From assembly GCF_000150275.1 (NCBI RefSeq), contig NW_002060973.1, positions 62,001 to 126,000 of the forward strand: a DNA stretch of 64,000 bases, given 5' to 3'. Source of the DNA: Trichoplax adhaerens (Eukaryota > Animalia > Placozoa). A program made the position numbers and the translations under genes. Below are positions 52,639 through 64,000 of this stretch, piece after piece. Numbering within the stretch: position 1 is the stretch's first letter; every line of letters starts with the position of its first letter. The notes beneath the pieces were generated by a model. The model was given only the letters and a program-made list of their open reading frames with translations. It searched no databases and was not told the DNA's origin.

Positions 52639-55600
52639 ATGTGCGTTACAAGAGATGTACATTGTACTCATATCTTTTACTTATTTATCCTTTGCGCTAT
52701 TCTAAGGTATTCGTCTTTCTTATTCTTGATTACAAATTACACATTTCATGGATGCAGTCAATGGATTAGGCAGCTTTATCTCTATCAATTTTCTGATATC
52801 TCCCTTACAGTCATATTGTTGGCATTGAAATTATTTACGGTTAAATAGATGAAATTAGAAGAAAATACGGTAATACTACACAATCTAATCAATTGTCGTC
52901 AATTATAAATTAATATAGAATATCAATCTTGGGCATTGTAGTCTATGTAGAATAGGCAAAAATAATTTAGATGCCGACTTTAATGTGCCTGCCGAAATTA
53001 ATGTGGTATAACTTGCAATTGCTATATTGGGTACGTCTTCTACTCTACTGTAGTTTGACCTGTAGTAGCAGTTGATTTTATATCTGGCAAAGATTGTATT
53101 CACTGTTAAACACTAAATTATTAATCAAAGTGGAATTAAATGAAACAAGTGCTTTCGTTCGTTCATTTTTTGAAATCAACAGGCCTGGTATGACGAAATA
53201 TCCTTCCACCCAACTCATAACTAACGAACTGTAAACAGATTTTAATATGTCGGCGGCGTAATATTATTCTTTTTCCAGGGAAAGATTACGTACTAAGTTC
53301 GCTATTATTACCTAATGAATCATCGTACAATATTAACGATGAAATAAATGCTACCTCAATTGAAATTCTTTTACGCGTGCCAAAACAAGATATTCACGGA
53401 AAAATATTAATTACGTGCAATGACATACATACTCTTACAACATTGACTACATCACATAATTCGTGGGAAAAATCGATCACGTAATATCAATGATCGCAAC
53501 TCTCAAGAATGACTTATTTTTTACAAACTACGATATCCTCGCTTACACAATAAAGTTCTTTTGGCAATCAACAATATATCAACATAATGGATTAGAAAGT
53601 AACTGAAATTACGTATATTATACAGATATAGTTGTACGCCATTACCAATGGGAACAATGAATAACTTAGATAGGGTTATTATGTTTTATGTTTTAATACG
53701 TGATTATTTTGTTTGTTACTGTAAGCAACGTTATTAAAATGGAGCAATAGCTTGCAAAATAAAATGCGATACTATGTTTACTTTTATTGAAATGTAGGCA
53801 CTAGAATACAGAGGGGTTGAAACCCATTCAATGATGATAAGTTATGCAACCTTAATCATTGTCGATTTAGAAAGAACATCTTCGCTAGGCTATGTCGCTA
53901 AACCGTAATGTATATTCCAAGTGAAGATAAAACGATGCAACCATATTGACCTGATTCATGATTATTAATAATAACGGCATCTTCAATACATGGATAGCAC
54001 TGTCGTCATTGTTAGAAATACACTGTTCATGGGACCCATCTTGAACGTGATCATCTACTGTATATATTACGCCACTCTATTATACTGTAGTATGAAATGC
54101 GGCGAACACACAACGCCTTATTGCATAAGCCCATGCTCACCCAACTATTCCATAAATCGTAGTTTATGGTCGATACTATAGCTTTTACGTCTGTAGTAAA
54201 GCAATCTATAGTATATACGCGTACGAGCAGACGTATTCAATTTGGATATCATTCGTTCCTGATAGAGTTAACTCTATTTTTCTGATATACGAATTTGTAT
54301 GATTTTACCTTTAGCACTCGACCCACTAGTGTAAAAATTGCTCTAAAAGAAGACGGCTTCTCTAACGAAAATTCAAACCCAATTAATCAAGAAGATGAAA
54401 ATACTGTCCAACAAGGAGCATCAAAAGAAAAACATGAAGAACATCATCGAAATATCAATGAATTCAAGCGCAACGATGATATTGTGATTAAAGCCAATAG
54501 TAATCAAGGAATCAAGAATACGAGAACTGGAAGCAAAAACAAAAATAGCTTAGGTCTACCAAGCCCCTCAGACTACAATCAATTGAAATCATTTGTTTTA
54601 TTCTGTGGATTTCCAAGATCAGGACAAAGCTTAGTTGGAGCTATTATGGATGCCCACCCGCACATGACTATAGCTCATGACTTTAATATTCTTGGTAAGT
54701 AATGGATGTAACAGAATTGGTTTAGGCAAGCCCTTCAAGACGTTACAATACTGTTACTTTAGTCTATTGCAGTTGATCCTTATCGTGTGCACAAGTAATT
54801 GCCTATTCCCTACTTGCTACGCTATACACATAGGAATGGCAATTATTTTCGATCGTTTGTGTTGGCTAAGATGATAAATAGATTGTTAATATTATACATT
54901 TTTAACCATAGTTTGGAATCACATAATATCGCAACAAATGTTAGATTGTTATTTTCATACTATTTACTGTCATGGCAAAGTGTCCTTTAGCGAAAAATGA
55001 GTTTAATTGATAGCTCATAGATGATTATGTTGTTGCAAAATATGTAAATGTACGAGTCGTATACTCTACCCATTTCCGTCTTGACTGATGGTATTAATAA
55101 TACTATCGCGATGTTAAATAAATGCTTAGTCGCTGAATCTTTAATAATAATATTATACTAGTATTCATAACATCCTGTCTTTGATATGTACTGCAATTAT
55201 AGGCGGATGGTCGAAAAACTTAAGCTGGAGAAATGATAAGAAAGATCTATACCGTGCTTTATACGAAAGATCGCGAGATCGAAATGGCAATCGAAAGAAA
55301 TTAGCTGGTAATCGTCGAAATTTCTTCGTTCCAAAGTTGTACCAAGGTACTTTCCAAGATTATATTCAGGTTAGGAGAATTGATTTATAATTGTTCGCAT
55401 TAATTAAACAAGAATAACCGTAAAAAAATTCAATTGTATTACCTGGTAACTTATCTTGCATAGTATAACTAAGCTAACTACTTTCAAATAACTAAGCAGT
55501 CATTCTATCTACTGACTTACATTTCCGTATCCTTATCCCATATCGCTAACATTAAAATAGTCAATCACAGTTGCAAATAATTGTATTCAGTCGAAATTTG

Positions 55601-56287
55601 GCTTTAGAGTTAATACCAATCCATTCTATTAGATTATAGGTGATATGAGTGGACAACGTTTAACCCAGGCTTATGTTAAAGATTTTAATAAAGCAAAAAG
55701 AAATGTTGACAGTATCCGTCATTTTATTGGTATGCCCATTAAATTCATCATGGTGTTGAGAAATCCATTTGATACTATAGCTACTCAAGTTCTACGGACT
55801 TTAAAAGCCAAAGCCAGAAAAAAAGCTAGCAAAATGCAAGATACTAATTTAAGTGAAGCTGATCAGGTAATGATGATTAAGTGAAAACTTTTCTTTGACT
55901 CAGAAATTCATGTCCATCAATAATGCTAATATAAGGTCTGATTTTTGATAGGTTAATCTGACCAAAGTGTTATTAAATAAAAGAATACGAGCATACCTCA
56001 AAGCAGTGGAAGCGAACAAAAAAATTTACCGTATGTACAAGAATCAAACCTTAATATTATACCTCAATGAAATTGTAAATTCACCTGACACGGAAATAAC
56101 GAAAATCTGTAATTTTTTGGGTATCCAATGTTCCAAGAAATATATAAGCTTATGTTCCGATATAGTTAACGAACAACAGTCAATTACCCGTAAACAAATT
56201 CAATGGACCGAACATCAAAAGGACATGATTTTAAATAAAATTAGCAAGACCAAATGGCTACGAAAATTTAAATTCATCGATACGTAA
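52639..56287 (+). CDS. Membrane-anchored sulfotransferase-family protein (Sulfotransfer_3 / TPST-like PAPS-binding fold) with a long N-terminal luminal region, ~545 aa
   Basis: Catalytic-domain exons 54315-54694, 55203-55369, 55633-55866 and 55952-56287 are solid, with 5'-PSB loop FCGFPRSGQSLVGAIMDAHP, 3'-PB motif KFIMVLRNPFDTIAT and EITKICNFLGI. The phase-compatible 5' exons 52639-52706 (hydrophobic IFYLFILCAIL), 53093-53187, 53279-53480, 53626-53674, 53798-53904 and optional 54091-54168 are my manual reconstruction. Confidence 0.8.
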
Positions 56288-57808
56288 CTAATCAAGATGT
56301 CAATAGGTTTTTCTATGTGTACAAAACAATGATGCTGATAGCAAAGCTATATTCATCGACAGCAATTATTAAAAAGTAAGCTTTATGAAACTATGTTTTT
56401 AACGTATGCTACTTAACATAACTTTCATTTACTGGTATGTTATTCATAAAACGAGAATGTAGTGTATGTATTTAACAATCCAGGTACTGTACGTTGCTAC
56501 TTGCAATATCATTGTAATAATACCGCAATTCATTTAATGTGTATATATAACACATATACGTAATTCTCGCTAGTGACGATTATACTACTCATTTGAAGTT
56601 ACGGGTAGTGCTACTCTAGTCTAAGGATTGAATGCGTTTGAAAAGTTGTGCGGGATACAAACTTTCACGCTCAACTGATTTCTTAATTAAAAGCTTCAAT
56701 TAGCAATTTTAAGTGTTAATACAAAACCATGTTACTTCTGGCATACTGCTTCTACGAAGCAAATTTTATGTAAATTAGCTTTGCTCTTAAATAGATCATA
56801 TACTGTAGCTCTATTGTAGTTAAGTTAGCAATTCGAGTAAAAACTGTTTTGAACAATTTATCATGTCCCCTGCTAAATACTTGTAAGATGCTCTTTAACA
56901 ATTGTATATATATACTGGTCTATATATCGGCTTAATGTTGGCTGTTTTAAATTCATTATTACAGTATGTATGCGGCTATAGATAGCCATTTTTGCGTCAA
57001 TGTTGAATTCATCACAATGCATTGTAATTCGTAATGCCTAGCATGCGTACACCTAAAATTCTACATATAAATGGTATTTACACGTAAACTTGTCTAAGTA
57101 ATAAAAGAGCTGTAAATATAGTATAGTTAATATATATGCGCACAAGTAGTGATATATTTGACAAGGTATCCTCAAATTAATTATCGGATGTTGTCCAGTA
57201 CAGAAACAAATCGCGTTGTAAATGAAAGTTATTTACAATCAAGTAATATATAGTTGTGAGCCATGCACTGAATGCATTACAATCATGGAATTTACGAAAC
57301 TAATGTACCATACACACTAAGTTCATGGTGAAAAATACCGTATACCATGCAATAATGATAATCTGCTCAAATAGACGTATTTTAAAATAAAAAATTCGAC
57401 CTTGAATCAAAGAATAATTCCTTCTTGATCGAAAATAATTGCAAACGTACGCAACGTTGCAATTTAGGAAATAAATGTAGTCGATGATATATTTAAACCA
57501 AATCCTTTTAATAAGCTTATTACGGTGTGATCTAAAAACTGAACAAAATATTAAAACATGCCATATAATCCTTTTATTTTTAATGGAATTGCGGTACTTA
57601 TAGCCAATTTACAATATGGTCCAGTTTACGATGAATTCTATTACTGCTGCTACAAATAAACTGGATTAAATTAACCGATGTAAAATAGACACTGTATCGC
57701 TGATTAAAGATCCTTCTTTAAGAACTACATTACAATAAGATTGTATTGCGACTAGATTGAAGAAAGCGAATAGCTTTTGAATTAACTAGAGCCAGAATCT
57801 TTGTGATA

Positions 57809-59350
57809 CTATTCCTCATGTCTATTTTCTACACTGTTCTTTACCATTTCGATTGCTCTGTCAACTTCTTCAGGATCACCTGATATAACTATAGCACGGG
57901 TAGTTGTTCCAGGTTGAGGTTGTCTAGCTATCCGTACTTGACAATCGCATTGGTTCCTAGTAAAATAATTATTAATGAAATACTTCAGATTATTAAGCGA
58001 TCTTCGTACTAGGATTAGCAAATACATATTTGTAAATGCAATTTTATCATAATCAATTATATCTAACCGAATTTTAGTTATATTATTTCCACGTTGTCCA
58101 ATGACAGCTCCGACGTGCTGTAAGGAATAAAATGAAAATCATTGTTGACGATGTTCTATCATTTTACGGAATATCATTATATACAATCAAACAAAGCATA
58201 CTTACATCATTTTCAACTAATAAGTGCTTACTGACCAAGGCTTTGCCTGTTGATAACAAGAAATAAGTAACAAAAATAAATCATACATGATATTGTGTGT
58301 CTAGAATTAGAAAGAGTATGCAATTGAATATTACAGCACTTTCTAACCTGTTTCATTGTATCTTTCTAGCAATATATTCAATCTGTAAGGAAATAGAAAT
58401 ACATTTTTAACAAGCTATAGCTTCGGGGTTATAGCACGATATACTCGTATATTTATAATTGCTCTGTACATTTGCTATTTTTATTTTCAGTACAGTAAAT
58501 AAAGCCTTGATAAGATCTACAATTGTAACTTTAACGTCAGGTTAGGTACCGAAACTCATAGTAGTACAATGACATAAACATATTTACTAATTAAGCATTC
58601 TAAAGGCATGGTTAGAAAAGTGAGGCAGGCGCCAAGTTACCTGCTCTGTATTAACTCTTTCGCCAAGTCAACGTCTTTGGAAGGACCATAAATACAGACT
58701 TCTCGTTTACAGGACTCTTCGTCTATGAAATCTTCAATTTTAATGCTGCATCCAGACTGCTTCCTAAAATGTAAAGCATTCCAATAAGATCTTACAGGCA
58801 GTGAAGATAACATGCTTCACAATTATTGCCATCATCTATACATGTTTAAAATTATCTTAATTAGCAATCTGCACAACATTCCAACGTAAGTCATGATAGT
58901 AGCTCCATTAATACAGAGTCACTGCAAGTGAAAATGAATCCTATAACCCAGTACACATCATTAGTGGGTATACACATATAGTATACTATACCTAATGCCT
59001 CCAATTATATTTCCAGCACGACCAATCAGACCACTAACAAACTGAAAGTGAAATCAATTAATTTTGTTAATGCAAATAATGAATGGAAGCTTATAGGCCA
59101 GCACAATAATTTTCTAAGGCAGGCAAGCCCTACATGGCTAATAGTTCCAACATAATACAGTTGCTACAATATATTGGTAAATTACAACTTATAAATTAGA
59201 AGTGAAAAGGAAAGAAACGATTCAGAAGTACAAAATGACATCGGTAGCTCATTATCAATTTCTTACTTACCAAATCTTCGACCAAAAAACGATGCGTTAT
59301 TAAGCCACTTCGCGATTCTGGCGGAATGCCGCTAGATTCAGTATTAATAT
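57809..59350 (-). CDS. Small RNA-binding protein with two type I KH domains (5' end not resolved)
   Basis: Phase-compatible exons 59350-59271, 59041-58992, 58763-58641, 58382-58348, 58246-58206, 58117-58068 and 57956-57809. KH1 FLVEDLFVSGLIGRAGNIIGGIRKQSGCSIKI...REVCIYGPSKDVDLAKELI. KH2 LLVENDHVGAVIGQRGNNITKIRNQCDCQVRI...RAIVISGDPEEVDRAIEMV. Both GxxG loops are intact. Confidence 0.9.
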
Positions 59351-59619
59351 CTAAGAGTCGAACAAGATATCATAAATAAATTTAGTAACTACACGTAGCT
59401 ACTATATACTGTATTCACAGATAGAACAAATGTGATGATGACAGCACTGCTATCCGAACGTGAGGCTACGAATGTGTACGAAATGATGAGGTCTGATTAC
59501 AAGACACTACGTATCTATAGTATATACCAACAAGTCAATAATATTAGTTCTACCATGCATACTTTAGTTTCCATTGACGACAGTAGCGTGCCGTAAACGA
59601 TTATCGGTGACACGGTCAA

Positions 59620-59982
59620 GTGAATTTCGGTAAAAATTGGCACAGGTAAAAATGGCTGACGTAAAACACTAACTAGATATATCACTTAAATTACAATCTT
59701 ACCATGTATAATTCTGAACAAGATTATGCTACAGTATATTGTCAAATTTTCAACCCGAATTAAGTACAGTAGTTGGGCTAACGATACTCGTCTACTACTG
59801 GAAGATACTAAGTGAAATTAAACCGTAATCAAACTAAATTTGTTACTCCTAAAGCTACAACACTTATTCAAATACAGAATCTAGAAGGAAAATTTACAAA
59901 TTAACCTTCATTAAATCTCTGATTAGGAATTAGACCGTTTTCCACTGGTACCACTTTTACCTGTGGCATTATTACCGTTCAC
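59620..59982. mobile_element. 363-bp MITE-like element with imperfect TIRs and a degenerate 9-bp TSD (Mutator-like)
   Basis: Left end GTGAATTTCGGTAAAAATTGGCACAGGTAAAAATGG. Reverse complement of the right end GTGAACGGTAATAATGCCACAGGTAAAAGTGG. Flanks CACGGTCAA and CACAGTGTA match at 6 of 9 positions. Confidence 0.65.
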
Positions 59983-61339
59983 CACAGTGTAGTACATTGA
60001 ACCTTTTTCAGTTTACAACAGACTATACTGTATATATGCGTACGCATAGCTATCATTCAAATTTGGAAAGTTGAACGATCGGTTCCTTCACGCATTTACT
60101 TAAGGTAAAACTGTGATGAGTCTATCCAATGTTAACAGTGTTAGTAAAACGGTCGGGAAAGGAGAGGTGATAATCAATTACAATATCCTTCGTTTCTTAC
60201 CAGTGCATAAATATCGGTTGGTTATCGTTGCGATACTTGGAACCTAAGAAAGAAAGAAATTCGATTTAGAAGGTTTAGTCAGTCTAGATCATGCTTGATG
60301 ATTGAATACCGCACGACCATCCGTAGAATGTGTACGTAGCTACGTTATGATTGCTTTTATCAAGTTTGAATACATATGGAGTACAAATGATCAGCTTGGT
60401 AGCAATAGTGATCGAGGAGAAAGTCGACATGTCTAATGAATCGTTGATTCCCATGCTTGGATGGAAAAAAAAAATGTCATATGCATGACCTGATACTGCA
60501 GCTGGACAAATTGCAACATTGACAGCACACGTGCGATATCCTATATAGTACAGTATAGTGCTACAGTACGTTTCAAGCTATAAGTTCAAGTCATCTTTGA
60601 AAGGTAGAATAGCAGCCAAAGTGGAAAAAGATTATTGTTCAGATAGTAGGAAATGATGCCAATTAGTTTGCTCCTAGAATGCCTTGTATACTATATCGCA
60701 ATTAAGAGTCATCTAGTAGTAAGATATCGTCATCCGATCACTAATTGTCGCTATTGCTAGTAAGCCCATAAGGTATGAGCAAAGCGTTGGATGCAAGCAC
60801 GCATCCAGCTTGTCGAGATTCTTACCAACCATGCGATACAGTAAAAGCAGATCGATATCGTCTATTATAAGCGTATTACTATTGCAAATGAGCTAGGATA
60901 TCGCTTTCCTCTTCAATGAGTTGCCAATGTCACTGCGTGTAGGGGTTGATTGCGAGCGAGCTATACCGAAATGAAATGTAACCGGTATTCTTATCCTGTC
61001 TAGTAGATCATGATTCTTCCATGCAGTACCTTGCAACACTTAACTCTATCCAATGGCATTGATCATTGACTTACATGAGATTTGATTACATTATTTCTTG
61101 CAAGCTCTGTTAGCACTTTACATTGAAGATTTGGCCTAGCATTACGCCACAGAGGCCTTAGCATTCCAATTAAACTCATTCTACAACGGAAAATTCAATT
61201 TGTCTTGACAGCAATCCAAGAAAAGAAATGGCCACAACGATTTGACTACAGTTGTCTTCAGTCACGCATTCAGTCAGCAAGTGTAGTATCACGTGTAGCT
61301 GCTCCAAATTGATATGGCTATCAGAAGACTAGAACGAGA

Positions 61340-62120
61340 CGCTATACTGTACTGTATGCATCCTAGTCTACAGTACGACGGATACTGTACGTACAGTACT
61401 GTACAGTAGAAGAAGACCTGGACCGATCGCTCTTGGACGGACAGACCTTTTCTGCCTCATCTCGTCAAAGTATTGCTTCAAACACTTCGTTATGATACGA
61501 CCTTAGTATGTCCACGGTTGATTTTTAAAGTTGCTGATTTCTATTCAATTTAGTAATGCAGTACTGTATACTGTACTGTACCGTGAAGTCTTATTACTGT
61601 ACAGTACTGTACATAGCAAGTTAAAAGTTTGAGACCTGACTAATAGAGTCATTATATACCGTATTTATGTTTAACGCACAGCTAGGAGTGCAGATTCGGT
61701 TAGTTCTGCTTGGGAAAGAGTTATATAAGGTCATCGATGTTATTTAACTTAGTAGCAGTGATTTAAAAAAACAGACACGGAAGATCCATGTCCATACTAC
61801 GCACTGTAAACAGCCATTTTTCGACGACCTCATGTTGTAAGGAAAGTCCGTCTGTCTGTAGAGCTACACTACAGTACTGTTATCTTCTCTTACGGTCTAC
61901 TGCACTGTACACTGTACAGTACAGTACAGTTCAGTATGAGGAAAACCTACTGTAATGTTCCACTAGTACAGTAATGTACTGTAAGCAACAAGTTTTTGTC
62001 GACCTCATTTTGCACGGAAAGTCCATCTGTCTGTAGAGGTACAGAATGAGGAAACCTACAGTATTAATGTTACACTAGCACTGTACCGGAATCTTCCCCT
62101 ACAGTCTACTGTACTGTGCC
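61340..62120. repeat. Cluster of (ACTGT)/(ACAGT) arrays containing a degenerate ~175-bp tandem duplication
   Basis: CGACCTCAT..TG..GGAAAGTCC.TCTGTCTGTAGAG.TACA at ~61824 and ~62000. ATGAGGAAA(A)CCTAC...TAATGTT.CACTAG at ~61936 and ~62046. Many TACTGTAC/GTACAGTA words. Confidence 0.8.
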
Positions 62121-64000
62121 AAAAAATGACGCATGGTTATTAAGGTCATCTGTTAGCGTGTCACTGTCTAAGTTAATATAAACAGTAGTGTAGCGTATGG
62201 TGAGTTAGGACACCTACCCATACAGTAGTTCAGTTTGCAAGAAGTAAGAAGTCACTTCTTAGAATGATGCTCGTACTGTACTGTATCGTTGCTGATTGGT
62301 AAGGATAAGTCTCTATTGGCTATCAGGATAACAATCTCCTGTTTCTTAGGCAATGTCTGCTTATACGCGTATATAGATATCCCACTCACGTAGCTCGCTA
62401 AAAATGGAGACCAAGAAAAGTTAAATAAAATGTCCACTGTTGCAAGAGCAATACGAGTTAGGGTGCCATGAATGAATGAAATTGCTTGATATTGACAAGC
62501 AAAGAAATGCTAGTGATTATTGTACTGTACGAGCACAGCTCGTATACACTTGTGTTTGAATTACTCTAACTTTATCCAAACATCTTGGTTCGCCATCAGT
62601 TACTTTTAACATCTGACAGCGTAAAACTACGATCTTATCCACTTTATTAGCTTTAACAAGGGACAACGTGGCTTTTTGTCAAATACTAAAATATTGAAAT
62701 GTTGGGTAAAGGAGAAAAAATTGAAAGATGGACTACGATGTTGGCATAAATATCACCAGAAAATACAATGTTTATTACATAGTGGATAATTATTACGTAA
62801 CTAAAATTCTCATACCCTCATATTAGACGCAAAGCGTGATTCTTGCTCTTATACTTAATAGCATCCTATTCTAATCCGGTAGTTCGATTGGTTTCTTAGT
62901 TAAAAATAGATAAGGTACTAGAATAGATGAATCAAGTCTGTTTAGCTAACTATCGTTGGCTACATGGATTCGTTTGTACGTACTTCAGCGAGTAACCAAA
63001 CGTATTTTTCTAAGAAATTATTTTACAACTGACTATAAACTAGATAGTGAAAATGCGACAATCATAAATTCAGAAACGATTGAATACGACAAGAATCGAA
63101 ATTTGATATTTAGTTTTTTAAGATAGAATCTACGCATATGATCTATTTCTATCATATCGGGATGCTATTCTTTGAATGACTCTTTTACTAGCAATACTGA
63201 TATTATGTATCCATTGTTCCATTAAACATATACTTATGCCAATATGCTTCCTTCATAATGCTATAGCAGTTTCATAAAATTTTTTAGGGATGAATAACTT
63301 AATCCATAGTTGCATTTTCAAGCTAAATGTTGTATTCTCATAACCAAATTTATGAAATGCCATGCGCTCTACGCAGAACTTAAAGTAGGCAAAATAGCAT
63401 GGCAATGACGGTGAGATGAAATATCGAACATAGATCCAATCCTGATAAGAACAAAGTTCTTTTTTTCTTACTTCTTGCTTAGTAACCGAAACAGAACCAG
63501 TCTATTTCAAAATATAAGTACCATACTGGCCATACTGACTGCATGAAAGGGTTATATACCGTACATATAATAGTAAAGGAGCTCGAAAGCTACAGTGAAG
63601 TGCAGTATAAAATGCTAGCACTAAGCTGCTGAAAGACTTGTTAACGAGCTTGAAATTTCAGTATTATTAATTCAGGTTAGGATCATAATGAATCGATATC
63701 GTCCGATAGAACTGTTTTTTATACAGTCCACTACATTTTACTGAGTGCGGTGACATATGATAAATAAATACAACTATTTCAGTAAATGTCAGAAATGGGA
63801 TTTGCGGTGATCCTATTAAATCATTGCTGGGTAAATATCAATAAAAAATATGAATTATGATGTCTTCAAAATTTTAGAGAGAAATCAAACATACCAAATA
63901 ATATTTTCTCTCTGCAAAAATATTGAATATTGATTAAATCATTGCGTGAATTTACGGCTGCAGTGGAAGCCCTATCAAAGGCAATACCGTACTTTATTGG

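Noticed and set aside
1-64000. CRISPR arrays, rRNA, tRNA, prokaryotic operons or transposase ORFs
   Set aside because: None seen. The repeats lack regular repeat-spacer structure and the genes carry spliceosomal introns.

Overview
AT-rich eukaryotic DNA with short GT-AG introns and animal-type genes, resembling a compact non-bilaterian genome. Placozoan-like is my inference, not proven. Splicing the exons by hand, with phases checked, gives seven coding units: (1) the 3' end of a gene at the left edge; (2) a small Cys-rich, basic-tailed protein (-); (3) a 14-exon, ~1982-aa STAND NTPase gene (+) in which a signal-peptide-less F5/8 type C (discoidin) domain is fused, across a GC-AG intron, to an NWD1/NWD2-type DUF4062-NACHT-WD40 protein; (4,5) a tandem pair of L1-family cell adhesion genes (6 Ig + 5 FN3 + TM, -) sharing two introns, one keeping the FERM, ankyrin (FIGEY) and PDZ (STFV) tail motifs and the other lacking them; (6) a membrane-anchored sulfotransferase-family gene (+) with an unassigned N-terminal luminal region; (7) a small two-KH-domain RNA-binding gene (-). 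A ~16-kb stretch with no recognisable CDS lies upstream of the canonical L1 gene. Non-coding features include a ~120-bp palindrome, a 363-bp MITE-like element, local tandem duplications and pentameric ACYGN arrays. No rRNA, tRNA or CRISPR array was seen. The most promising novelty is the discoidin-STAND-WD40 fusion, followed by the asymmetrically diverged L1 pair.
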